A DNA stretch of 64,000 nucleotides from contig NIVC01003990.1 in the NCBI GenBank assembly GCA_002269645.1, positions 1-64,000 of the forward strand, in the 5' to 3' direction. Below, one piece after another: positions 40,407 through 53,597 of this stretch. The notes below the pieces were generated by a model that was not told the DNA's origin, ran no database searches, and was given only the letters and a program-made list of their open reading frames with translations. The position numbers were made by a program, and so were the translations under genes. The first letter of the stretch is position 1, and every line of letters begins with the position of its first letter. The stretch comes from Macrostomum lignano (lineage: Eukaryota).

Positions 40407-40807
40407 CACAGATACTAAAATAACTATAAGATGGGCCACTCAGGCATATATACTTAGTAAAACAGCTTTCTACTTTCAGTTCAGTAGCAAAGAAGAATAC
40501 ATAAGCTATTTTATAAAAATAAAGGCGGCTGAAATTGCTAATTGGTTCAGCAATAATGTACATTAGCCAGTCCACTGAAATGTACATTGCAGCTTTAGGC
40601 GGGAATTCCGAGAAGGCAAAAAATGGGGCGGGGCGGGGGAGTGTGGAAAGGCGCGGTTGGAAGGTTTAGGCTGGGCGCTAAGAGCCAGTAAAATGAGCCT
40701 TGGCTTTAAAAATACATAAAAATGCTTCCGTTTAATTTACGAATACTACTGAACTGAAAGTAGCTTACACGCAAATGTGCTGATTGGCCCATCTAGTAGT
40801 ATCTGTG
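40407..40807. mobile_element. hAT-type MITE, copy A
   Basis: TIRs CACAGATA...GATGGGCCA; 8-bp TSD GTAGCAAG / GTAGCAAT; homologous to the reverse complement of 41645-42092. Confidence 0.8.
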
Positions 40808-41644
40808 GTAGCAATTAAAATTATCATGGTTAAAGATTTTCGAACTAAGTCGATCTCTATTTGCCGATTTCTTCGGGGATAATGAATATACGCTCGTAGA
40901 ATTAATGGGATTGTGGAGCCAGCGAAAATTGTGCCCTGAACTACTTTGACTACTTTGCCTTATGACAACTAGTTTAGTTCGAATATCTGTCCAGAAATCA
41001 GATTCGGCAGCAATCCGAATGAAAGCGAAAATGGCTGAATGAAAGCTTTTAAGCCACGGCAAATTAGTTTAATTAGAGCAAAGCACAAATTCCTATTTTT
41101 GTTACTAATGAATATTCGCCATCAAAGTTTAAATTTTCAACTTCAAATTTTTGGTTCAAAACGATTTGTTTGATAAATTTATATTTGGAGAAACAATTTT
41201 TATAAGCATTAGCCAAAGCCAATTAAATTAAGCAAGCAAACAATTGAAGCAGAAGCAAAGCGTTAATAAAAAGAGATCGATATAGTGATCAGTTACATTC
41301 AGGTTACGCATGCTAGTGGGTTAGTAGACAGCGGTCAATGAGCAATAAAATTGATAATCAATAAACAGGCAGTTTAATGAATTAATGACCATTAATTAAA
41401 ACAAATGAAATTATAAAACAGAAACTAGCAATAGTTCATTAAGTAAAAAAACAGGTGCACAAAAATGCACAAAAAGCTGCGAACCAGTTTTAAATAATTT
41501 AAATAAAATAATTTGAATAATTAAATTAAAAACATATATATACAGTGCTTCATACCTGAAAAAACTACCTGTGCCATTAGAATAAGCAAAAAAGCATGCC
41601 TAGACCATAATGACTCCAAGGATTACGATTAGGTAAGTTTAAAT

Positions 41645-42092
41645 CACAGATACTACAACAACTGGATGGGCCACTCAGCACATTTGCGTGTAAGCTACTT
41701 TCAGTTCAGTAGTAAGTTAAACAAGCATTTTTATGTATTTTTAAAGCCAAGGCTCGTTTTATTGGCTCTCTGCCCCCAGCCTAAACCTTCCAACTGCGCC
41801 TTTCCACACTACCCCTCGCCCCGCCTCAATTTTATTGCCTTCTCTTGGAATTTCCGCCTAAAGCTGCCATGTACATTTCAGTGGACTGGCTAATGTACAT
41901 TATTGCTGAACCAATTAGCAAGTTGTTTACGCCTGCAAGCTTGCGCTTCTAAACTTATCAAAGTTATTTTAGCTGCCTTTATTTTTATAAAAAAAGCTTA
42001 TGTATTCTTCCTTGCTACTGAACTGAAAGTAGAAAGCTGTTTTACTAAGTATATATGCCTGAGTGGCCCATCCAGTTATTTTAATATCTGTG
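41645..42092. mobile_element. hAT-type MITE, copy B (inverted relative to A)
   Basis: Same TIRs; 8-bp TSD GTTTAAAT / GTTTGAAT. Confidence 0.8.
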
Positions 42093-42467
42093 GTTTGAAT
42101 AAAAAGTAAGGTAGGATTACGCGTGTCTGTAATGAATAATAGCGAAACAAAAGAAAATCAGAAACAAAAATCAATTATCATTGGAAAATCGAACAGCTAG
42201 CTTTAGTCAAAAACAAAAGAATAAAATGAAAAATGAAAAAAGATGCTTATCTATAAATTTTATACCGCTTAACGCATAGAATCTGCTTGTACCGCCAACT
42301 TTCCTTTCATTGACGCTACAGGAAAAGCTTTAAAATGATAGAATAATAAGTAAGTAAAGTATGATAAGTAAGTATATGATAAGTAATGAGAAGCATCAAG
42401 GTAAAACATTAGGATTGAAACTAAAGTTAATAAAGTCCAGCTCAGCATGCAAGTCCAGTCAGTATTT

Positions 42468-45400
42468 TCAAAGGAAAAACAACCGATCGCAGATCTGCGG
42501 GCTCGGCTCGAATTCGCTTTTATTGTCATTTAAATTTTGGCCAACCAAATAAGCCAGCCGGTGGGCGTATTGGCACGGCGCGGGCACCCGGATAGTACCT
42601 GGCCAGTTGAAGTAGAGGTGACACAGCTTGTAGGTCAGCTGCTGCACCTGGTCGGGCCTAATGTTGGCGTCATTGACGTCCTCTATGATGTTATAGTGAG
42701 TGGGCGTCACAGTGCCCTGGTTGACGTACTGCGACACCAGGAAAAAGTCTACGTAATTTGGCATGGTGATGACGTCATCCAGCACGGTGCCCGGGGCCGG
42801 GTTCCTGAGCTGGTTGCCGCCTCTGCGGAACAGACGGGAGCTGACCAACTTCTTCACTATGATAACCTTGAAGCCGAGGCTGCTGATGCGATCGCCGTAG
42901 ATTATCGACAGCGACTGCTTCAGCTGGACCAGCTCCGAATTCTTCACCTGCAGACGGATCAATAGAATCAAAGCAATGTTTTATTTTTATCTCTCTCTCA
43001 CAAGTTTCAATAATGCAATGTAGAAAAATGTGTTTAGAAACAATTAGTACTATTTTATTAGCACATCAAACTGACCTGCTCAAGCATGGAGTCGCCAACA
43101 CCGTCGCGGTACAGGATGATGCGGGCGGGCAACTCGCCGTTTTTCTCCCTGAACTTCTGCAGGGCCATAGTGAAGCCAGCATCCAGCCTGTTGTGAAGCT
43201 CAGCTTTGCCTCCCTTCACGATTGGCGAGTACGAGTAGTACTGGGTGAAGGTTTCATTTAGTGAGAACACCACACCCTGCACGGAGCGACTCTGCCGCTT
43301 GTCGTGGTAGCTGTCCATCCCTATGATCATTGTGCGCTTTATCGGGATGCTGAGAGCCCAAGCAACACCGCCCAGCTTGCAGGAGATCTGTATAGCCACC
43401 TTCGTAGCAACGGACATTACTTTGGCCGGGTTGCGGATAGTCTTGGTAAGTACGCACTGGCTCGGCACCGGCTTATCCACGTAGCACAGGCGTTTGATGA
43501 TGTTATATCGATGGGCATTGTTGTTAGGCAGCAGACAGAACACAAGGTCCAGCTCCTGATTGATGTTATCTTGGATAGTCTTTAGCCAGAACTGGTCTCG
43601 GTCCTGCATCACGGGCAGCACGTAGGGCTCGCCAAATGACATACCGAGAGACTGGGAAACCCGATGGAGCTTCTGGCAGAAGTCGGCGGCCGCCTGCTCG
43701 TCTCGCTGAAAATAGACGAATATCCAATTCTTGCAGTCGATTGGCTGGAACATGCCGTTGCCCTTAAGGCCATTGTCCCAGTCAGCGCGCTCAGGGTCCA
43801 CCCTGATTGGCCGCGACATCTGCACAGTCTCCGGCTGCAGCTGGCGGGCGGTGGCCTCCACAGCGTTAGGCGATACTTCCAGACCGAACTCTCCCAGCAC
43901 CCGACGGCTCTCGGGATTGCCAGCCATTGTGCGGGCAAAGGTGAGCATCTTGTCGCACCGAGCTGACGGATTGACCCGAGTATGGGTGGCCAGATCCCTC
44001 ATCAGGTTGCGGTCAGCTCGCATGTCATCAGTGAGGCCGGTCATGTAACAGACCTCCGGCGGCAGTAGCACGTTATCCGCCTGCTCCCGGCGGCCTCCCT
44101 TAGTTGGCGGCAGATCTCGCTTGCGCGGTTTGGACACCAGAAGCGGCTGCTTATCATCTGCCAGATCGATGTCGTAAGTCTGCTTAAAGTACTGCCCGAA
44201 AGTAATCTGTTCCTCCTGCCGGGTGGTCTTGTTAAACCAGCGGAAATGCTCGTTTACGCCCTTGTCCCACTCGATGCTGTCAATCCGATAGGTCTTATTA
44301 TTGTGCCGAGTCAGCACTATTTGGCCGACCAACGCGCTTTCAGCTGCGGCGTGAAACTGATTGCTAGCGACTCGATTATACATGTCATACATAAAGTCTA
44401 ACACGGTGTTGGTGTGAATAAACTTGTTCGACGGATCCAGGTAAAGCATCAGCGGCCCGTCAGTGGGTTTCACTGCCATCTCGAATCCCGGCCAAACCTG
44501 GGGAACAGATTGGCGATGCTTATTATAGTTTTTGTTGTATATTTGTTGTAAGGGGGCTGCAGCCTAGTGGTTAGAGCGTTGGACTCACGACTTGCAGGTC
44601 GGGGGTTTGAATCTCTGACTCACTCGGAACAATTTGTGTCCGTAAGCAAGACAATTAACTCTTCAGTTTAACCAGCTGTGAAATGGGCACAGCATTAGCT
44701 GGGATATTTGAGGCTGTGTGGCGACCCTCCCCCCCCCTCAGTCCTTGGACTGAACAGCCGTACGCAGCCTTCAGATGCGCCGCGCAATAGCTGCGGCTGA
44801 GCTGTTGGTTGCACAACTGTATATTAGAGCAGCTGCAATCAATTATTATTGGGTATTTCTACCAAAACGAGACACTGTCTCGTTTTCTCGTTTTCCAAAT
44901 TGTATGTTGGACACTCAAGGGTTTCGCAGTATACTTTTAACTCGTGCGATCCTAGTTTGGCTTGCACAATAATAAACTTAAGTCAGAGTATTAAGATGAT
45001 TTAAATACAAAAAAGAATTTTTATTTGGTTAATTTAAAATTTAAAATCAATTTAAACTTAGAGAAACTTTGATTAAATTGTCATCTTACCTCCATACCGT
45101 AGTTAGGAAGCCTGGTGGCCTGGTCCGGATAATAAAAGTTTCGACCAACCATCTGCATATTGAGGTACCGCTGAGCCTTGCCAAGCACAACATTCATCAG
45201 ATGCAGCCATTGCGGCGTGTTCCTATTAACTTCGCCCACCTGCCGGATGGCCACTTCGCCAGTCCAAGACTTGATGCTGGCCTCGAACTTCACTCCCTCA
45301 GGCGGATTCAGTGGCTGCCTCGTGTACAGAATGCCGCCATCGTAGACGAACGGCTTTGGCACCTGACTGGCGTCAGTCAGCAGCTTCTCGCGAAGCGGTT

Positions 45401-45887
45401 TGGCACCCAGCATCGGGCGAAAATCCACAGCCATCTGGTAGGTGCGCCAGTTGTCTTTAACGTTGAGAGCAACGTAATTGGTCACAACCTGAACAGGGGC
45501 GCCACTGGTGCCTCTCTTGTTGCTGCCCGGAACGCCCTCAGGTCGAACATTCGCTAGCTGGTAGCGCAGTAGCTTCCGCTGCAGGCCGCCCCGTTCGCCG
45601 CCAACCTGCAGGCCGGCCATGCGCTCTGCCAGCTGTTCTGAGTCTCCACCAGTGGCACCAGCACCCTGGCGATACCCGAAGCCAGAAGCTCCGGGCGGCC
45701 CCGCTAAACCAGGAGGCGGAGCTGGAGACGAAGCAGCAGCAGCAGCAGGCGATGTTGAAGCTGCGGCTGCTGAGCCGGAGTCAAAAGATGCAGCAGAGGC
45801 AGCACTGGCGGAAGCCTCAGCTGGCCGTGGTCCGGCGCGACCACGAGAACGACCTCGGCCTTTGGTAGCATGCTGCTGCTGAGACAT
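42468..45887 (-). CDS. piwi: Piwi-clade Argonaute, 3 exons, 899 aa
   Basis: Exons 45887-45090, 44497-43076 and 42947-42468 (2700 nt, phase-0 GT-AG introns, no frameshift). N-terminal GRGRSRGR, PAZ (LTRHNNKTYRID..W, LPPEVCYMTG), PIWI (GMDSYHD, YRDGVGD, VTPTHY, VPAPCQYAHRLA). Confidence 0.97.
44552..44820 (+). mobile_element. tRNA-derived CORE-like SINE (copy 2), antisense in piwi intron 1
   Basis: GGGGGCTGCAGCCTAGTGGTTAGAGCGTTGGACTC head (box A), GGTTTGAATC (box B), TGTGTCCGTAAGCAAGAC...CAGCTGTGAAATGGG core; 3' segment shared with the copy at 16230-16485. Confidence 0.75.
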
Positions 45888-48847
45888 CTCTGGTTCTGGA
45901 TTTAAGAGCTTAGAGCTGTCAATGTTTAAAATAAAATCAAATGCACAAGCACATCACATTGCCTCACAAATGTGTTTTTTTTTCCAATAGCCTTAAATAA
46001 TAAAGCTTTCAAATCATATAATAATGAGCATTACATGTAAAGTCTTACATGTATTAGGTGTACAAAATAAGACTTTCATACTTGTAGTGGAATATGAATG
46101 CATCAAAATCCTACTTCCATAACCCATATTATCGCTATTGATCAATGACTCAGATTCCCTAAATCATAAATTATTGTTTAAAAGCACAAAATAACATGTC
46201 ATAATGATAGTATATTATGTAAGTATATGATTTGGATAGAATCAAAACGACTTATATTATATAATCTATATACTAAATTAGAGTTCTGCTGTAACCAAAT
46301 TTTTCCCATATGCATATCTCCAATTTTCCGTAGCCTATCTGTATCTGTAGCTAGTAAACTTTCTGTAACCATTGTACAACACTGAGACCTAGAGCCTGAT
46401 GGACGCCTTGGAGAGGACGCTGTGCACGCGGCCATTCAGAGGGCACAGCAGTCCAGACAGCGAGACCAATGTTGCGCTTTAGAGAAGGGTGCACCTGGTA
46501 TGGCCTTCTGACCTGCTGCGCAGACAATGACTTTGACTAATTGACCACATCATCTAGTTGAAGGCCCTCTGCCCTGAGCTGCTACACAAAGTGCTACTGC
46601 TCAATCTGCAGGGACCAAGCAAGCAAGGCCAAGGGCAAATGGTGAGATACCCTGCTAAGAGACTGGCTTGTGACTGATGCTGTTGCCTTGGACCAAACTA
46701 GGATTGTGACTTTTTGAGGCAATGCTGGGCAGCTTCCCTATTGTCTTTATTATTTTAACTTAAGCCCCCACCATTCCAAACACAATGTATATGTGGTGTC
46801 AAAAATGTTGCTCAAGTCCCTGACCCCACCCAAGGGACTTAGAGGTCCCTTTAGATTGAAAGTTAAAATATATCTTAACTTTAACCCCCTCCCACCCATA
46901 TTTCAACCCCAATACACATGTAATTTCAAACATTTCTATCTTTGTTGCTTGAGTCCCTGATTCTAGGGACTTAAGAGCATTCCTCACATTGAAAGTGAAA
47001 ACATTCATCTTAAATTTAGCCCTTCCACCCAACCATAATATAGACATGGCATTGGCAATCTGTGTTGATTCTTAAGTCCCAAATTCTAACAATTTAGGAG
47101 TTTTCCTCACTTGAAAACTGGCAATATACTTATTAAAGTTTATAAATAAAAATCATCAATATTATTATTGCTAAGTCACACATATATACAACCTAAATTT
47201 TACCTAGCCAATATAACATAGCTTTGTTTTAAAGGCAACATAAGTTTTTTTACTATAACAAAAAAATTTTCTCACTATCTTAATTTTTTCTTTTTTTATT
47301 TATTTTATAGTTTTGTCTAATATATAGTTTTGGTTTTAGAGTTTTGTCCTATTTTACAATTAGAATTTTTTGGTGCTTGGGCTTGGCTAATTAGTTACAT
47401 GGCATATCTATCTTGGCTGCCCTATTACTAGGCCTAAGCCAGCTAGGTGATATCTATGTATACATAGCTATTAATAAGCTTATATATTTCTGATCAAATG
47501 ATAATGACTCATTATTATATAGAAAGCAATATATAAAGAAATGTTGATTTAAAATAAAAACAGTTTAGCAAGGTTTAAAGCAAGCTAGTTTAGATTGTTT
47601 AAACCATTTGTATTTAAAAATAGTAATACTAAGTGCATTGAATAAAATACAACATCTCAAAATGACTAGTTGACAAAATCTTTAATAGGTTCCATTAGGC
47701 TATAAAAGCCCAAGAGTATACAAAAATCATTCTTAAAGTGCTTTTCCATTTTTGGCTTAGATAATAACATGTAGTATGTCTATAATTTAATATTTACTAA
47801 ATTATCAAATATAAATAAAATGGACTAAGTCTCATTAATATTATTAATTTGATAAACTAAAACATTATCTATAGTCAAGATATTGTCTATTATGTACTAC
47901 AACATTTTTGGGCAAAAAATAAGGCATATATTCCATATGCCAAGAAGGCAACTCAGACTAGCTAGCCATGTTATCTGGTTGGAAAGTTGCTATTATAACA
48001 AATTATTACATGATTTGCTATAATAGATAAGAGTTTATAGAAATATGGCCAATGGCAAACAATGTACTATCCTAAGCTGTATATAATGGATATAAGAACT
48101 ATTATTTGACTTTGGATAGGACTAGAAGGCTAAATGATATCTAAGATTTTCTATTAGGGGAAGGATCAATCCCAAATAAATCAATTAGCCATTAGGGAGA
48201 TAGTATTAATAATACTAGTAAAAATATAATCAACAAGGCCTTAGCCTAGGCAGACAATTGGGAGAAGGGCAAAGCTTCCTTGGCATGCATCCCTTTCTTT
48301 TATAGTGTATGTCATTAGCGAAAACTATATTTTTAAGATATATAGCCTAAAGGAATATGTTTTGATATCTTTCCACTGAATCGCTATATATGGCTAGCAA
48401 AATACTTAAGGTATATTTTTGTTGTTGCCTAGAAAACTATTAATAATATATATATCTTATATAAAAATTAGGGCTTACCCTTAAAAACAAAAAAGCATAT
48501 TAAATTTTATAACAATGACTGTTTACTACTAGTACTAAAACATAATAAAATTGAATTCTATTAATTCAAAATTTAAGCACTAATATACAGTTTTGTTTGC
48601 AAAGTTATTTCTTATTTGATTTTGAATATATACCAATGTTAGGTGTAGTAAATAATATTAATAATGTTAATGAATATAGCATAAAATGTTCTAAATCTAA
48701 TTACAAGTTTTCTATAGTTGAGAGTAGGCCTAGTATGGCATTCCTTTGGTTTACGATCATTGAAATTAGTGACGATCCCCATTGGAAAGATAGGGAAGAT
48801 ACAAAATTGTTGTTTATTTCATCAAAATGCAAAAAAACAGTAGACAA

Positions 48848-50819
48848 GCACTCCAATCCTTTTTATTTATCCATCATAATACTAGCTACATGTTCAAATG
48901 AAAAAAGAAGGTAAAGGGGTTATAGTGATCTATTTTACAGTTCCAAGAATCCAAAGATGATCCTATATATCTACTTCGGTTTACGATCATTTGAATGAAA
49001 GCAATACATATAAATAATCATGAACCAAAGCTAATGTGTATGTAAGGGCGTTAGTGCATAAATTCAATTTCCAAAAATGAATCCAAGAAGATGATCCTAT
49101 ATATCCACTTCATCCGCAAGAGATACATGTAAATGATAGTGAACCGAAGCTAGCGTATGTGTGTAATAGGGTTTTGGTATTTTAAAAGCTCTATCTAAAA
49201 TTGATCACTATCTCAATACATGGCTAGCTTTGGTTCACAATCATTTACATGTATTGCTTACATCTAAATGATTGTAAACCAAAGCTGAGGGGGGTGGCAG
49301 CATGTAGAGAATAATAAAGCATCAAGTTACTTGGGAGCGCACATTAACTCAAGATGACATTTCAATTGCCAACAAGTCCCAGTTGAAGAAATAAATATAT
49401 GTGACTACATATGTCTTCAACACCCCCCTCAGCTTTGGTACACAATCATTTAAATGGAAGAAATACATGTATATGATTGTGAACCAAAGCTAGCCATGTA
49501 CAGAGATAGTGATCGATTTCAGATAGAGCTTTTAAAACACCAAAACCCTGTTATACATTTATGCTAGCTTCAGTTCACAATCATTTACATGTATCTCTTC
49601 TATCTAAATGATCCTAAACCAAAGTGTATATATAGGATCATCTTCTTGGACTCATTTTTGGAAATTGAATTTATCATTCATGCACTAATGCCCTTACACA
49701 CATTAGCTTTGGTTCACGATCATCTACATGTATTACTTCCGTTTAAATGATCATAAACTGAAGTGGATATATAGGATCCTTGTTATTGCCATGCCATGAA
49801 AGAAACCATTTGTTGGCTATTCTGTTCAGTTTTTTCTAATGTAACGAATAAGTTCAGTTTAACAATTTTTGTTTATTTCAAGAAAGCTATGATCATTTAT
49901 ATTAAAAATTACATAGGGATCATGAACCAAAATGTGGGTGGAAAAATAATCGTAAACTAAAGGAATGCTGCCTAATATACCTAAAAAGGAAAGAGTTATA
50001 GAAAGCATTTCTAGGCCTACCAATTATATAAAGGCCCTAGTCATTTCATCAACTGGCATTTTGTCAACTTAGTTTTTTGCATTGGTTATTTTGTCAATTA
50101 GCCAATAAAGCCATTTTAAACCTCAGTCATTTTATCAAATGGCTTGGCATATGGGGAGTTTCCCAACCTGTCCTTGGTTACTTTGTCAATTGCCAATAAA
50201 TTATAATATATCTCATATAGTTGCAAAAACTGAAACAAAACCCTCATATAATGACTAAAGTGATTAGCCAATGATATTTACATCCTTTTGCAACATCTAA
50301 TGAGTTTGATTGATATATCTTTTACCATTAACAAAAAATGCACTAATGTGTTTAAAACATGCATGTAGCATATGAGTATGACAAGGTAGATATCCTATTA
50401 TTATATTTTTGTGTATTTAATTTTTGGATGCAGAAATTAAAAGATTTGATCATTGGACCAATAATATAAATTACTTGAAATAGTTTTTCTATTTGCAAAA
50501 TTATTAAAATATCAATATCAATGTATTTCTTCCATTTAAATGATCGTGTACCGAAGCTAGCCATGTATTGAGATAGTGATAAATTTTAGATAGAGCTTGT
50601 AAAACACCAAAACCCCCTTACACACATACGCTAGCTTCGGTTCACGATCATTTACATGTATCTCTTCCATTTAAATGATCGTAAACTGAAGTGGATATAT
50701 AGGATCATCTTTGGATTCTTGGAACTGTGAAATGGATCACTATAACCCCTTTACCTTCTTTTTTTTCATTTGAACATGCAGCTAGTGTTATGATGGATAA
50801 ATAAAAAGGATTGGAGTGC
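48848..50819. mobile_element. ~2-kb foldback-like element with long TIRs and nested inverted subrepeats
   Basis: GCACTCCAATCCTTTTTATTTATCCATC...(48848) is mirrored by ...GATGGATAAATAAAAAGGATTGGAGTGC (50819). TTCACGATCATTTA / TGATCGTAAAC modules recur in both orientations. No TSD or ORF found. Confidence 0.65.
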
Positions 50820-53441
50820 GGCTAGGCCTACTAAAATAGAGTATAGGCTGAAGCATATGGCTAGCAATGCAAGAGATAGGGTACGTACGTAAGCAATTCA
50901 ATTAATGAGGAAGTATTGTATCGTCTTATTCATTAATACAGGTGTATGTGGTAGTTGGGTACCACCGATTGATTATTGGCTCATATGGTTACTTAATAAC
51001 ATTACAGTTTCTGGTCAATAAAATTATGCGTACCCTATTCTGGTCCCCGTTAGTCCACTCCCTGGCGCAAGTCATGACGTATTTTTGCCCCCTTTCTGTT
51101 CCCCCTTGCCCCATTTTCTGGCGTTATTTGACCAAATTGTGTTTTCCTTTTGTTTTACTATGTATTTCTGCGGTAATTTTGTTGATTCCCCTTTCTGGCC
51201 TTTTGAGTTTTCGCCCTTCCCCAGTTTCTGGGCCTCGCCAGCCTTTTTGTGACCTGTTTCCTGGGTATTTATTCCCGCCCCTTGCGCCTGTCCTCCCTTC
51301 ATGCTCTTGCTCCCTCCCCCTTTTCTCCTACTCTGACGTCCCTTAACTTAATAACGTTTAGTTAACGTAGTCTATTACTTGCAGGAAAGAAAACCTAACT
51401 TAGTTTTATTTAAGTAAGCCCGCACTGCGGCACCCCTGATTCATCTTTCGTCGGTGGTCTCTTATTTTACGCGCGTGAGGCCTAGTTTAATATTTTAGTT
51501 TTTCTTTTATACTAACTCGATAATCAATAAACTCGCAATAATCTACTGCAATCCGTTTCTTCGATTAAAGCCATATATAGTTAACTTAAGTCATTTGCCC
51601 GTGGGGCGTAAAATAACCCAGTCTCACCTCGAAGCAAGCTCCGAGACTTTTCAACGTTCCGTAATACGCAAATTACGGTGGTGGCAGCGCTACTCTACTG
51701 TTAGTAACACGATAAGAATACGAGACACATTCAATTTACGGTGTCTGAGGACCCGCCATCTGAACGCTCGCGCCAAACGAAGGCCGCTCGCCTACGACCA
51801 AAACTACCCTCCCCCGGGATTGAGGACCCCGGCAGACGGAGTATCTACGAGTTGTTTTCATCGGGATCCGTTTACGCAAACTTTCCGGATTTAATTCGTA
51901 CGAAATAACGACGGCGCCCAATCGAAGGCCCGAGCCGCTCAAATTCGACATTAGATCAAGTGAACACCGGACAATCCCGACCACCCCCAAGTCTAAATCG
52001 CCCCCACCTCATGTACATAATATGTATATTCTAAGAAGTATGGCGGAGAGAAGGCACTTAAACTAAGTAATACAAAAAAGTATTGCATTTTTATAGTTAA
52101 ACCCCTCATTGCGTTAAAGTTCATTTAAAATAGTGACAATTATCAATAAACTAAGCATGGTTTTACATAAACGGTTATTTAACGGTGATAATAAAATTTA
52201 AAATCCCTCGTGGCAGAATTTAAAATCTATATAATAATATATTTAATTATTAATTTAATATATTGAAACTTGAAAACCTACGGATTTAAGTGACACCATA
52301 CTTGTCTTTTAATTCCTTACTTAAATACTTTTTGCTTTGTTTGCCGTTAAAGATTTTTGAAGTTTCGTAGAAGAAAAAGAAAATTGGCGCCCTTTCAAAT
52401 ACTATATTATTGTAAAACTCGCCGCACAGATCCCATTCTATCGAAATAATATTAATATTAAATACACTGACATATACTGGCCAAACAGGCTTCTTGCCTG
52501 AGCCAAACTTACTACTACTACTACTAAATTAATTGTATCTAGCAATTAATATTGTTGCTAGAGGATCAGCAAAATGTTACATCCTACTAAGACGCCTATC
52601 TCTATAAAAAATCTGCAGGCCTGACCTTTCAGATTATTTCCCATGCATATTTAGAAACAAAAAAATCCTAACAACACTTCTAAAACTGAAATGTGAGATC
52701 ATTACACCCAACATATTTTCTCAAGAAGCATGTAGACTGTGTGGAGCAAGAAATGGTTCCGACATCCTACACTACTTGACCAAATTTTCACAAACTCAAG
52801 ACATCAGTCATCAGGAAAAATATTTCTGTCAATAGACTCAATACCTCTTAGAAGACAACCAGATACACAAAATAGTATTTGCTACAAATGAAGAGTCAGA
52901 AAATAGCTTATTGGTGTAGGCCCCTAGCTAAAATGTAAAGTAAATATTTTATAGTAAATACTAGTAAATATTTTATAGTTTATAACTAACTAAATTATCC
53001 TATTTATAATTTATATTCCTAGTTTCCATATTTTCCATATACTTTATATCTTCTTTATACTCTCTTTATACCTTCTATATCCTGCCTAACCCTTAAACCC
53101 TCCCTAAATACTCTACACCAAGGGTCTCCAACCTTTAGAATAGCTAAAATAGCAATCCAAATGATTTAGGAATTGCAATTGCATACATTTTTTTATTTAA
53201 GGGGCTGCATATCATTTTAAGAGCCATAAATTGGCATAATGAAATCTAGTTTTGGCAGTCCATACCATATTGCAGAAAGAGGAGTTTTGTGGTGTACACT
53301 GGCGTACATTTCTTGGCTGTGTACAGTGTGGTGTACATGACTGGCGTACAAATTAATATAAATAATTTTTTTTGTGCATTTTTCTGTGTTAAATTATTTC
53401 AAAAACCTTTTTTTGCTACTATTGTCTTATTAACCATACAT

Positions 53442-53597
53442 GCGCAACCTTTGGAATCACTCGGCCATTTCTATTGGCAACACACACATTTAAGTCACTA
53501 TTGGCTGAGAGCAGTCACGTGACTACTATTCCGTCCAATAATGACTTACATGTGTGTGTTGCCAATAGAAACGGCCGGGTGAATCCCTAGGTTGCAC
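53442..53597. repeat. ~155-bp hairpin palindrome (MITE-like) centred on GTCACGTGAC
   Basis: GGCCATTTCTATTGGCAACACACACAT..AAGTCA.TATTGG arm is matched by its reverse complement. Confidence 0.75.

Noticed and set aside
46385-46760. GC-richer patch upstream of piwi as a coding or retroelement fragment
   Set aside because: All frames contain stops and there is no recognisable motif.
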